Below are positions 12,674 to 25,436 of a stretch of DNA of 64,000 nt, in pieces. Both the position numbers and the translations under genes were made by a program. The first letter of the stretch is position 1, and the number at the start of each line of letters is the position of its first letter. The notes under the pieces were generated by a model. It ran no database searches. It worked only from the letters and a program-made list of their open reading frames with translations, and had not been told where the DNA came from. The stretch covers positions 1,240,001 through 1,304,000 of the forward strand of contig NW_027191410.1 in NCBI RefSeq assembly GCF_041146345.1, given 5' to 3'. Source of the DNA: Neodothiora populina. Lineage: Eukaryota.

Positions 12674-15600
12674 TCAAGCCCAGACAAGTTTCTTGAAATT
12701 ATACTGCAGCGTCTCAAAGTAGCCTGTGCTATTCTTCGCTTCGGCAAGAGAAATGATGGGCTTCGGTTCGGTTGACCAGGTCTTCTCGGTCGATTTTTCT
12801 GTCGTCGTCGAAACTCCTGTTTCAACAGCAATAGGGGTATCGTCTTTGCTAGTCGACGACGACGACGACGACGCTTGTCCTGCTTCCTTGTATGCCGCGG
12901 AAGCCAGACGCTCGATCTCGGCGCAGATGTCTTTGACTAGTTCTTGTGGTTCCGGGAGGTTGTTGTTCTTGTTGTGTTTGACATCCTTGCCGCCGCCTCC
13001 GAGGCTGGTGCGGGATCCGCTCATGTCTTCGTTTGCGTTGGCGTCATTGTTGCCGTCGTTGATATCATCGCTGTCGTCGTCGTCGTCGTCGTCGTCGTCG
13101 GATTTCCTGGCTGATTGTGAGGGAGGAAGCGCTTTGAAAGCTAAAGTTCGGACGTCTGGTCGTGGCTTCTTGTCGTCGATTTTGTCGTTCTTGGTGTTCG
13201 CTTTGGCTTTGGGATCAGTGGCTTCCTCGTCCGTCTTTGGGGCTTCTACGACTTGTTCGCGACGTGTATCGGCTTCCTCGTCGATGACTTCGGCTCTCTT
13301 TTCGTTGTCCAAGGATCGAGTGTTCGTTCTGACCATAGCATGACTGTTCTTGATGGGGCGATATCTGACCACGAAACCCACGTTGTGGTCCTCGTCCATG
13401 TTTCTGGCATTCAATGTAGAGGTGACATAGGCACCCCACTCCAGGCCTTCGATCTCGAGTAAATCAACTCTCTCGAACGAGGCCAGCTTCTCGGTCGTCC
13501 AGTCAAATCGACAGAAGTACAACGCGCGATCAGTGAGCAGCAGTATACATTCTTCGAATGGCAATGACCTCAGATGCTCCGAGTTTGCAGGACAAGCAAG
13601 TGTCCATCCAGCGAAGAAATCTTCCTCGTCTGGGTCTTCGAGGACAATACGTGTACACGTCTCTATTGCCGATTCTCGCACTTTGGACAAGTTGAGACTT
13701 GGATCGCGCGTCATCATGTTCGTCTCAAATTCTTCAAATACACTTAGGCCTGCTTCTCCCAGATAGTACGAAATGCAAGTCTGGAGGAAATAGTCGCCGA
13801 ATATGTTGTTATAGTACCTGTTGAGCGTAAGAGAGAAATCCGATAGCGCGCCTGTCCAGTGTCGCTTGCGTGTGCGCGTGAAATCGCCTTTGAGAGCGGC
13901 TGTTCCGGCGTATTGTTTACTTATTGCATCGCCGTTGTCAGCCCAGAGAGTGTTGAACCACGATGTCTTGGGGTCTGTAGAAAGGTTGATGCTGAGACCT
14001 AATTCTTCCAATTGCTTTTGTAGGGTTTGCCCTGCAGAAGCGGACTGGACAACATTCGTTCGGTCGAGACAGTCCATGCAATTCACGCGAAGCACGCCTG
14101 TCTGTGCTTGTACAATGTGGTTGTTCTGCTGGGTTGTCCATTTGTGTTCGGTCATGAACGGGGTGAGTGTGTCCATGAGAATAGAAACATTTTCAAACTT
14201 CATGCCCTTGCAAACTCCATGGAAATCGAACCACTCGAATGCAATCTTTTTGCCATTCACACCACCGTCAGAATTCAATTTTGCCGCATGCTCCTCATAC
14301 GACTGTCCAATTTTCAATTCGTTTGCGTGCTTGTCCACTAGCGAGGTGCAGTACACATCTCCGTAGCGCGATAGCACATTTGCGAAGTGCTTTTTAAAGG
14401 CAGCTTGGTTTGTCGCTTCTGAGCCGTATTGTATTGGGATTGGCTTGAAAGCATACGGGCTTTGCGAAAAGAAGACGGGTATCGAGCCTCGAATCTGGAC
14501 AAAGGAGAAACTTTTGTCTTTGGGATCCCAGGTAGACTCGGAGAGTATCTGCTCTGTCTCCACCGCATTTGCGACGTTACCCTGATCGTCAACGCCACGT
14601 CGGAGATAGCGAAGACCGGCACGTTTGATGCTGCGACGGGACAGCAGAGTCAGTAGAAAGTCGCGAGGTCTGTCTGGATCCTCTGCGCCCGAATCTGCTG
14701 CTGAATGGGCACGCTCTTGCATCTCAAGGACATCACCTGCAAAATGCTTCGAATCTATGATCTGATCTGCAGCGTTGCCGTCCGTCGGAGCAATGGTGAA
14801 AGCACGTTGACCAACAAAACCTTGAATAAGTGGCAGAACGAAGCCGCTCTGTCCTGAAGAGATTATGGGCTGGATTAAATGATGGTTCCAGAAGTACTGG
14901 TGTTTCCGTTAGAACTTGTTGTCGGGATCACTACACCAAACATACCAAAGGGTCGAAGCGCTTGTATAGAGGCACACTTGATGAGTGGGCTTCCTGTCTA
15001 GATAAGCTTCGTGAAATGTCGTAATCATAAGAAAAGTAAAAGCTGCGAGATGCGAAGAACAACTTGGTGGAGGCAAGAATTCGAGGCGTCAAATTGTGTA
15101 CGCTGCTTTGTGTGGCAGATGGTTGGGGCTCCTCGAAAGGCTCCTGTTTGTCATCGGCAACAGGTCCAGATGCTGCTGCCACGTCTTCATGCGCTTCTTG
15201 TTCGGTACCATCGGGGACAATGTCTCCGGCGGCGCGCATCTGCTCCTTGGACATGTTCAGGTTCTCTTCGCTGCTCATGCCTTGCTTCCTCCGCCCCTCG
15301 GACTTCCAACCAGCTTTCGAGAACCATCTGTTAGCAAATCTGCCATAAGATCCTCTGTTCTGTATGACGTCGGTCACAACACTGCTGGCCTTTCGTAATG
15401 GGGCAATCTTTGAAGTGTCGGGAGCTTCAGTACTCGGAGTTGATGGAACAGAATCGCGATCGTCGTCTTCACCAACCGTCTTGCCATCGTCATCCGAGTC
15501 GGAATCAGAGTCCGCATCTTCTTCGGACAACACTTTACCATTTCTGATCGCTTCACGAGCGTTTGTGATTGCGGTCTGAGCATCCGATCGTGAAGAAAGT

Positions 15601-16031
15601 GGGATAAGGGCAACATCAGTTACAACATATATCGGCTTTCCTCGAATTTGCGCAACTTGTTCACGACCCGATATTGATATAAGATATGAAGATGAAGCGA
15701 GCCTTAAGACACCTTTGGTTCGAACATGAAGTTAGGATCAAGCTTTATCGAAGAGAGTGGTGAAAATATACCAACGATGCCGTGCGCCTCAAGTCCTTCT
15801 CCGTTGGATACATCGGTAAAGTCATGTCGTAACGATGGCGATACCACATTGCTCCTGTAATCGATCTTGACACTTTGTGGACTCGGAGATTGATTGCCAC
15901 GAGTGACTGGTTGCAATAGAAGGCCTTCAGCAGCAGCGAAACTACGGTATACAGGTCAGCTACTGCGACTAGCCGATCACAAACGCAGCATTTGTGCCAT
16001 ACATCAGTAGTTTTCGCACAAGATTAGGCAT
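12674..16031 (-). CDS. Sac-domain phosphoinositide phosphatase (Sac1/Sac2-like, C-terminal hSac2-like region); introns 16002-15942, 15771-15713, 14945-14897
   Basis: Spliced N-terminus MPNLVRKLLIFAAAEGLLLQP; FYFSYDYDIS; RRSIKRAGLRYLRRGVD; VQIRGSIP; catalytic CX5R motif in RVNCMDCLDRTNVVQ; WADNGDAISKQYAGT. Confidence 0.92.
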
Positions 16032-16529
16032 CTTCAAAGCAATAGACTACCCGGCTTATAGTATAATACCTGGTCTGGACTATTTGTGTCAATCGTCGCC
16101 TTCAGATCGTCAATAGGATGCATGTTTTCTTGGAAATAATCACATAACCTAATGACGTAACGAGCTCACGAGCATGGTCTGATCTCTTGGCGATCTCCCC
16201 TCATTTGCTCTCAGCAACCTTGGAACCGTTCGAGAGCTGCAAAGGCCGTCCTTCGACCCGTTCTTAATGTTGCTATGGGATTGTTATTGCTGTCTCTCAC
16301 AATACGAAATTGTGCTGTGTCTCCGTATGGTATCACTGGCTCCATGTTCTGTCCCGACTCTCGCCAGATACTCGGCCGAGGTCAAAATGATCAAATTCAA
16401 CGGACGAAAAGGAGATGGACGCCTAATTGATCGACGTTTGGCGAAAAGATAATCCGTAATATCTCCTTCTGCTCAGATACCGTAGCATTCGGCAGAGGGG
16501 TTCGATGGTGCGCAAAAAGCAAAAGATCG

Positions 16530-16620
16530 TGACCAGAGTGGGATTCGAACCCACGCCATTTCTGACTAGCATTTGGTAGAAACCTGAAGCTAGCGCCTTA
16601 GACCGCTCGGCCATCTGGCC
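16530..16620 (-). tRNA. tRNA-Leu(CAG) with 11-nt intron
   Basis: GGCCAGA/TCTGGTC acceptor stem; Leu-type D-arm GCCGAGCGGTCTAAGGC; CTAGC/GCTAG stem, loop TT-CAG-G; variable arm; GTTCGAATC; discriminator A. Confidence 0.95.
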
Positions 16621-18000
16621 TGCTGATGAGAAGCAGCACCATCTAGAAGATTATGAATGTTTGCGCAACACCAGTCGAGATGCTACGCGCAAACGCCTCG
16701 AGCTGAACATCTTGCGAGGGTAGAAATGACAGATTCAGGGGGCAATGTAAATGTGCACGTTTTGATATTCTGTGCATTGACTATAGAAATGGAATCTCAC
16801 ATGACAATTGCTGTAACATATATCGAAGAAAAGGGGGGGTAACGGCGCTCACGCTACCCTTACCTCTTGATCCCATTTGTGGTATAGAGTTCACACGAGT
16901 ATAGACAGGTGAGGCTCGTCATGGGCATGTCGATGCTGAATCATTACCGGGCTCGTGGCTACGAGATGTCAATGACGATCTTAGATCTGTCCCAAGTGAA
17001 TTGTACAGGAATCGAATGAATCAGGGGATGTCGCAGGACTAGTCGAGTCGGCATAGGAGATCCGTATTGCGAATGATAAGGTTACGTCCGTACGCTTCGA
17101 CAGTGTGTTCTTGGTTGCGTGTTAGATGGAGTGGAGGCCAAGAAGAAGTGGATCGTGGGGATGGCAGCGCAATTCTACGAACGTGCATACATAAGTGGTT
17201 GCCATCCAGCACGACCCCGCATTCCATGCTGGGCTCCATCCTCAACACAGCACTTGTCCTCTTTGTTTCGTGCACTTTGTTGTGATGACATGATGAGTAC
17301 CTGCTACACGTCTTCGTTTCGTGTCTCTGGAGAAGCCAAGTGGTAGCTATGCCTGGAACATTTTTTTCCTCGCCCAAACAAACCCACAGGGGTAATTAAT
17401 CACTGTATGACGGTATAAATGCATAGGTGCCAGGGTGCGTATGACTACTATCAAGACATCGACCAGTCGGTCACGAAACCTGTACCATCCATTGTAAGAT
17501 CTCCATTCTGTCTCCTGGAACCATACGTCTACCAGGATAGTATATTCGACATAACAAATCAAAACGGATTGCTCCCTGTATCAGCAGCTCAACTCAGAAC
17601 GAGATATCCTATCGCCGTCGCATTGTCACTACCAGGACATCTAGAACCACATACACGCTGAATCCACATGATTGTTCTCCATCCAACCGACGGTCTCGAT
17701 CCCACCGTTATTCATCCGCTACGGCTACGTATGTCATGCTCTAGTGACCAGCAAGAGGGACGCGACTCTGCCAGATTCAACGTCAGTCATTCCAGGTCCC
17801 ATAGATAAGGCCAAGCGATATACACCAAGGTCCTCGAGTTACATTGGATTTCCAGCAAGTTCAGTCTCTCCGAATCAGGAATGATACTGCATTGCCATGA
17901 GGACTGCACGAGCTGACAGCGGCACTGATGATATGCTGGAGATTGGCTGGTCTTCCAACGCGGGATATGTACCAGATGGGTGGGTATCTTTTCCATCAAT

Positions 18001-18105
18001 GGACAGATGGCCGAGCGGTCTAAGGCGCTAGCTTAAGGTGGTCTCCTTATGAAGATTTACATACGCTAGTCAGAAATGGCGTGGGTTCGAATCCCACTCT
18101 GTTCA
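18001..18105 (+). tRNA. tRNA-Leu(AAG) with 25-nt intron
   Basis: GGACAGA/TCTGTTC acceptor stem; same D, variable and T arms as the CAG gene; loop TT-AAG-G; T7 terminator downstream. Confidence 0.95.
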
Positions 18106-19566
18106 ACATTCTCTTTTTTTACCATATCAGTCCACGAATACGACGGTTCACCCGATGTCTGCTGTTCGAGTCGTGACCTTGCACTGAATGTCGGTAACGA
18201 GCTGGGCTTCCAAAATCGTGGTCAGTGCGTGAAGTGTCAGTTGTGAGCGACAAATTCTTTTTATTGGAAACAACGTGGGTAGCATTGTGCTAGGCGGTAC
18301 GAGTGATCCAATAATGGTACCTTTACCTGACATGTTTATAGCATGTTGTGCTTTGCTCGCTTAGGAACGTCGTGGTACTCGCTTCCATACGCGAGCTGTA
18401 TACCCATAATGTATGGGGTTATGCATCTTGTGCCCTATATCGACCGCCACTTACCACGAGCAAACTTATTGTCTTACTGGTGCATTGTTATTGATGCTTA
18501 TAGCTTGTTGGCATAATTGCTGTTCATTTGAGGGCACGTTTTCCAATGCGTTGCGGCATCAGAGTATTGTCTATTTCTTCGCGAGCGAGCTGAATTCGAG
18601 GGCGACCCTGTCCTCGAGAGACACGACATATGGAAGCACTCTGCGACAAAACGAAACCAATCTCCTGCATTTTCTCCAGATGTCTCCACAGTAAACAGTG
18701 TCCTTGCTTGAAGGAAATTTGATTGCTTCCACGTGTTCGCTCCGACACCCCCGAGTCAGCAGCAGGCAATGTATTTTGAAATCGGGAAAAGCAATATAGT
18801 CGAGATTGAGCGACCGTCAAGCTAGATGCAGTAGCGACACCGTGACGCGCTACCGGCTTCAACGCTGCATGCGAACCACCGAGTGTAGAGAACGAACAGA
18901 CGAGGGTTTATCTATTGCCCTGCCTTACCTCGATACATTGAATGTTGCTTGCTGTGTGCTCGGCCTCCGTTGCTCGTATTACTGCAGCTGCAAGGGACGC
19001 AATTTGCCGTGTGATGTTCGTGGTCGCGAGACGAATCTGTTCGTCATCTGTAATCAATCAATCGTCGGAAATGAAATATATTAATTGCCGCCTTCCTGTT
19101 GTAGACGCCCCCGACGAGATGTCACGATGATATGCAGACAACGCGTCTCAGGACCACATTTGTTGGTTACTTGTGTATACTACTGTATAATAACAGTAGT
19201 CATATGGGGAACTTACCTTTTGTGCTAGAGGTCCCATCTCAATTAATATGAGTGCGATACGCAAGAGATGTGTGAGCCACAACGCTGGGAACAGATGAGA
19301 GACACGTAGTGGGCCTCGCCAGCTGTAACGATCTCACCCCCTCAATCGATTGCTTTTATACTGTCGTGTATACGCGGCATGTCAGACAACGTCTTAATCA
19401 GGTACTAGCGATAGGGTTGTCGATATAACGACATACAATAGGCAATAAGGCTGTGATTGTTTGTTGAGGTGACAATATAAAATACAACAGTACCTTACTC
19501 AGATAATGACCTGCGGACAAAATAGAACAATGATCGAGAGGGTACTGTAGGATCAAAAGCAAAAAG

Positions 19567-19647
19567 AGCTGCTACGCCGGATCGAACGACGGACCTTAGG
19601 ATGACTGCGTACTGCAATCCCACGCTCTACCACTGAGCTACAGCAGC
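19567..19647 (-). tRNA. tRNA-Cys(GCA) with 9-nt intron
   Basis: GCTGCTG/TAGCAGC acceptor stem; U discriminator typical of Cys; TGGGA/TCCTA stem, loop TT-GCA-G; GTTCGATC; T5 downstream. Confidence 0.93.
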
Positions 19648-19862
19648 TATTGCACAATATAAGTTTCGTGACTCATTATTATAGGTGATATCATGGAAGT
19701 AAGTCCCAGGGCTCCATTGTCGCCCTGTATCCAGTAGACACCTCAATCATCGACCCACGAATGTCGGCATATCGTTGCATATTTCACGTCCCCATCAGAG
19801 GGGTGCGTGCGCAAAAAAGTTTGAAATACACGACTCGACGTGGACCCCCTGGTTCAACAAAA

Positions 19863-19948
19863 TGATTCCGCCCGGGTTCGAACCGGGGACCGCCTGTGCA
19901 CAGAGATATCTGTTAGACAGAAGTGATAACCAACTACACCACAGAACC
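19863..19948 (-). tRNA. tRNA-Val(AAC) with 12-nt intron
   Basis: GGTTCTG/CGGAATC acceptor stem; TCTGT/ACAGG stem, loop CT-AAC-A; GGTTCGAAC; T4 downstream. Confidence 0.95.
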
Positions 19949-22624
19949 ATTGGTAGCCGCAAAAGGTGTCTTATGGGTTCATATTTCTTGATGCTTGTGA
20001 AAGCTGCCAGCAATTACACTACCTGCCGTGATGGTATGCCGTGTGAGTAATCAGCTTCAAGCCTAGTCCGCGGTGCTTTGCTATCTATAACATTGCCTTC
20101 CAGCGACCCGGGGAGAGGATCGCAAGCAAAGCATGGTGGAAAATATCTCGTGTGACGGGATGTACTTATGATTGCTGTGGAAATTGAGGCCTATGATCAT
20201 CAGCTCGCCTCGTTTGCAGGTCGATGATATCGGCTATCACAGCCTCGTCGAAGCCACATCCACGGTCGACGTCGAGTCTGGCTGTTTCGAAAAGTGGCTT
20301 CGGCCCGAAATTGTACGTGAGTTGGCGGGTATACCTCGTCTCCAGGCAGTTGCGCCGAGACATGGATGCTTGATCCTCGTGTGATCGGAGTTCCGTTCCT
20401 ATCGGCGATACCAAGAGAGCAAAGGTCAATTGTTTATCGCCTCAGGAATCAACATTGTCGTCGTCGTCATACCGATCGAGAAGCTTTGCTGCAGGTGGAA
20501 AATTGCAAGGTACAGTACTGTATGATATGGCTGTCTCATCGAGATCTACAGGTATTCACGCGTAAGCCCCATCTGGGGGCCCACCGACTATTGGTTACAC
20601 GACTTTCATTCCGTTAATCCTCGGAAAAGTCCTAGACCAAGATAGAGAAAAGGTATCTCGAGAGGTCAAAGATCGCCAGGCTGCTGGGATACTGTAGCTG
20701 CACACAAGACCATCGCAATATGGTGTTAGCGTATGCAAAAGGCGACTTTGATACTTCGGTTCAACTTCCATTATAGCTCTACGATGATATAGGCTAGGAT
20801 TAATACAACTACGAGGCAAGTGAGGGGCGTCAGTTGGACCCTGAGCAGGAGGGCCTCTGGAGCTTTGCCCGTTCCGTGGAGCATTATCGCTAGTATGGAG
20901 GTGCGGTGGGTTATTCTTGAAGACTAGACGTCTGAAATTGAGTGGTTCAGGAATCGAAGGTATCTTCGTAAAGTCGACTACTGCTGATCGGTCAAGATCA
21001 GGGCAGCGGTTCAAGTACGTAGATACACTACAATTCAACACCATACCCATGATTCGAGCCTTCATTCACAGACTGGTAGTTCTGCGCCACAGCTCTGTCG
21101 AAATTGGCCATATTACGCAGGTGGCATGTCCCGATTTGGTTCAATCGTTGCAAGTCCCCCGAAGTAGACTGGTGAGACAAACATGCGGAAGTCCGTGTGT
21201 GGCGAGAGTGTCGGGGCCTCTGTTACATCGTCTATAAGTGCTCTGAGCACACGCCGAATGCAGGGCAAAATGCCCATGAGGTGCAAGCAAGCGCAAATGA
21301 TGGGAAAAGCTTCCTCTTACTTGTTGGACCAGCGTAAACTCAGTTGTGTGGAACCTGCAGAATCGTGGGTCGCGCGCTCGGAACGAGATGGCAAGCAAGG
21401 TCGCGGGCCGCCGGCCGCAACCGAAAGCAACAAAAAGGGTCTTCACGTGCGACCGTTGTTCAAAGAAAACGGCGCCTAGAAGGTCAATACATCTAACGAG
21501 GAAGCGTACAAGCATAGTCGCACAGTCCCGCAACCATTGGCGCACAGCGGCTCGTGAGTCCAGGCTGCCAGCATTGTGGAATATGGTCTCTTTGGTTTGT
21601 CACCGAAATCCTGCTTACACTGTAACCCCTCCAGACCATCGAGACGCGGTAAGCAGGCCAGTGACAGATGACGTATTTTTGATTGGCTGTTATACAGCTT
21701 CAAGTACCGAAATTGCGGACTCCCGGGGAAGCTTTTCCATCATCAAGGTGCCAAGTGGTGGGCAATTGGTCCCACATCCGCTCGCCAAGTGACGATGAGT
21801 AGGTACGGCATCTACCTTGTGTAAAGACTAGTCCTCGTGTACTGTACCCGAATGCCATTTGGTTGTTGGTCAGGTTTGATCTTCAGAAACACCTAGTAGA
21901 CTTGCGTGGAGCTTTCTCTGTCTGGTTCTACTTGCCGGCGATGCGTGTATGCATGAGGTACCGGACCAAAGGCATGTGGGAAGTACCTTGCTGTAGTTTA
22001 TGGACTATAGCTCCACCTCAGAGGTCTCAGCGTCAAGTGGCAGCAGGTGTGGCGATCGTGATGTACAAGTACACATTTGACTGCCCCTCTCTTCTGCTCA
22101 AGTTGTCGATGCCAGCCGTGGTGGAGTGGCCCGTGCTAATGCTGATCTCCTCGAGACTTTGTGTATCTGCACAAGTTCTCGAGGATCGATTGCATTGGTA
22201 CCTGAGAATCAGAAAATCTGATACGTGATCCAGCAGTGTGGAGTCCGCATCGATATGTCGTGCTCTGCAACCGGCCAAACCTTCGCCATCGACAAATCAG
22301 AAGGTTCACAACGCTTATTTGCAACATCTGCTGTAGGAAGGTCAGACCTGAGGTGCTTCTCGCTCAATGGTCGCTTCGCGTGGCATTGACATAAACATGG
22401 TGGTATTAGTTGCTGCTATATAGAAAAAAAACGAATGAAAAGCCTCTGTATGGCTCATAGCATATGTGACTTGCATGTCTCCCAAAACATCTGCCTCTTG
22501 GAAAAGCCAAAGCAACCACCAACGCCCTGCTGGGTATCTTGATATATTACCGAATAAAATGAGTGATTTCCCTCCCTCCTTCCTTTTCCTGTTTGCCCTA
22601 ACCAGAGCCCGCTTTCCCACTTTT

Positions 22625-23965
22625 TCAAAACCTTTCGTAGACTTTTGCTGGGTTCGGTAGCGTTCTTTCATCATCCGTCTCGGTCCCGCTGCTTGATCCA
22701 TTGCCTGGGATCCCCACGTTGCGTTCTTCTGTAGTCGTGACTTGCACGCTTTTGCTGATGCCTCCCTGGAAGCCCTTGGTGTCCGTGAAATCGATCGAGC
22801 CACGGTGGGTGTCGCTGAAAATGTAATCTTCGCTGTCTCTGCCCGTTCGGTCTGTCCAGCTTGTGAGACCGAGTGTTTTCGAGGCTCTCCGGCCGGTCAC
22901 AGTAGTCGTGGTGAGACTCTTGTCGTTGGAGGGTCTGAGATCGTCGAGTTGCTGAGAGCGTTGTCGGCCTGCTAAGCCCGACTTGCCTCGTGTAGACCAA
23001 GGCATGTCTGATCCAGGTCCCTGAGTACTCTGGATACCGAAAAGAGCAAGAGTAGGCCTCAATAGAGGTTTCAGTGTTGCTACGCAGGCGGCTGTTATGC
23101 CGACTCCAACTTCGACTGTTGTCCAGATAGCGAAATCTACTGTTCGCCATAGGAATTCGCCCTTGTAGTACTTGAGTGTATATAGGTAGGGCATTCGAAC
23201 AATCGTTGCTGTACTTCCACTAGTAGGAGTGTTAGCCTCGAATTTGGGCAAGCTGCGTGCATGTGCCAAATACTTACAGAGCAGCGAATCCAATGATAGT
23301 CGCAACGACAATCTTGGCTGACTTCTTCATCTGTAGGTCTTTGACAATGAAGATGGGCAGGATACCAAAGATCCAATCTGCAGCAGCGTTCAACGCCGAC
23401 ACCACGTAACAGGTGTACATGACCAGAGAGGCGCTTAGGCACTTGCCGTGGTGATTAGGATTCAGATCCCACCAGTAAGAAATGGGCCGGCATTGGAAGA
23501 GAATAATGCAGGTGTATGCCACACCGAATGCAAGACTGGCAAACATGATGACTCGGATGGTCAAGACGTGGGTAGGCTTGACAGTAATCCGTAGAAGGAA
23601 GTATCCGACCGAGACCTTGAGCACTGAAGTGCAGAGAACGTAGAAGATTTCGCAGAAGAACCAGAAACACAACGCTATCTGAGCATCGTGGTCTGATATG
23701 TCCGCCCGATGCTTGCCGTTGCCATGCGCAATGCTACCAATCTGACAGACGATATATCCTGTGCAGAACAGTTGTGTGAGGACCATAAGGCTGTCATCTA
23801 GACCAAATGCCTTGATGATGCATGTTCTGCAATGAATTAGACCTACGCAGACGCTATGGCCAGAGTTCATACTAACCTGACGTAGACTCGCAGTCCGACT
23901 GCCACCCAGGTCATGACCAGAAAGCAAACGGCCACACCCAGGATTTGAGGCGACCGATCCTCCAT
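22625..23965 (-). CDS. PTH11-like (fungal rhodopsin domain) integral membrane protein without CFEM; introns 23876-23827, 23277-23220
   Basis: Spliced product MEDRSPQILGVAVCFLVMTWVAVGLRVYVRTCIIKAFGLDD...; ILFQCRPISYWWD, C-terminal ADWIFGILPIFIV, ATIVRMPY, WTTVEVGVGITAAC motifs. Confidence 0.88.
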
Positions 23966-25436
23966 GTCGAAGAAGCCTGCAAGTTAGATATGGGTGTCTG
24001 AGCGTTGCTCAAATCATCAATTGCAATGACTTGACAAGCTTGAAACACGGACAGACAAGTGGAAAGAGAAAGGACGGAACGAGGAGAATGGCCGGTGAAG
24101 AAAACAGGAGAACGATATAAGGAAAAACGAGATCCCAGGAACCAGACTTAGGGCATCACCAGACGATTATGAATTAGTCTGGAGAAAGGGCTCCAGATAT
24201 GTATCTGCGTAGCTCACGTCTCCCTCGCCCGGTCGGGGGTCCCAGGTAGCGAAGAGGGTACTCACTCACTCGTCCTTTCGAGCCATACAATATACGCTAC
24301 AGTCCGGCGCCTGCCGATCCATCAATATAGCTGGGCTTGGGGATCTGTCCCAGCGCCGTCACGAGGCACGAGCTCTGGAAGTACTACGCACACCAGACCG
24401 CGGCCGGGATGCCTTGAATGTCGACAGCCGACGGACATTCTAGAGATCCGCATGGGCGGCATCATTTTCAGGTATAATTCAGAGTGTGTCAGAGCTTCGA
24501 GTGAAATTGTTCATGCGTGGGTCAAAGCGGAGCGGTTGGTCTTGAAATGTCAAACGGCGCGCACATATATGGAGAAGGCTCGGGCTTTAGCACAGGCGAC
24601 TTATCCTAATTGCGCAGCTCATCCAGGGCCGTTTGTGACTCTGCCTGGTCGAATCATAAAAGAACCCACGCCCCTTTTTCTTTCTGCGCGGCGCCGCGTT
24701 TGCATCTCTGAGTAAAGTCTTGATAAACTTCGGTCTAGGTGAATTGGCCGGATTAGGGGCAGGAAGAAAAATAAGGTTGTCGAGTGGTGGAAACCCTCCT
24801 GTCAATCTTCACTCTAACCGGCCTCGCGGTGCTCGGGCAGACGTCAAAATATGGGCCAACATTGATTGGGACAAGTAGAGTTGTACAGTACAGAGCATCT
24901 TGTACCGTCGGTTAGGATCACCTCAAGCAACACAGTTTGTCGCCAAGCCAGGGGACTTTCTGCTCCCGTGTGCTTCAAGTTTGCCGGCGGCGACTAGAAC
25001 AAGCGAAAGTGCAAACTCGATAACAATCTACGCCATATCGTCACAGGCAAGACAGATTTTAAAACAGGAGACCTGCAGGCTCTGACTGCGCACATGTCTC
25101 AGGCTCATCTGATCCAGAAGGAAGGGGGGCTGCACAAGTTATATCCGGAACCTGTTTATCGAGCTCGGAGCAGCAAGTCTTGTCCCGAAAACGGCGATCG
25201 GTGTTCGACAGCGGTGGGGCTCTGGCCAGAAACCGCTGTCAAAGTTGTGACTCGAGTCATTAGGGTCTTTACCTAATTGTGCCATGTGAGTCGACGAGGT
25301 CAGAGATAAGGAGTGATGTTATATGAGTCGAGGCTGCGATCATTTTCGACGCAGTAGTGCCCTGTGACATTGACACCAAGCAAACCTTTCCCTTGCCTAT
25401 TTCCCTTTCCAATCCATATTACCCTACGCACTAAAT

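Noticed and set aside
16530..16620. CAG-anticodon tRNA as a sign of CUG codon reassignment
   Set aside because: The body is almost identical to the tRNA-Leu(AAG) and has discriminator A; CTG codons fall at conserved Leu positions (e.g. HIS4 GLWYKG, PEHL).
25200..25436. Guanidine or TPP riboswitch upstream of DUF1989
   Set aside because: No conserved core motifs visible; I also saw none in any intron of the window.
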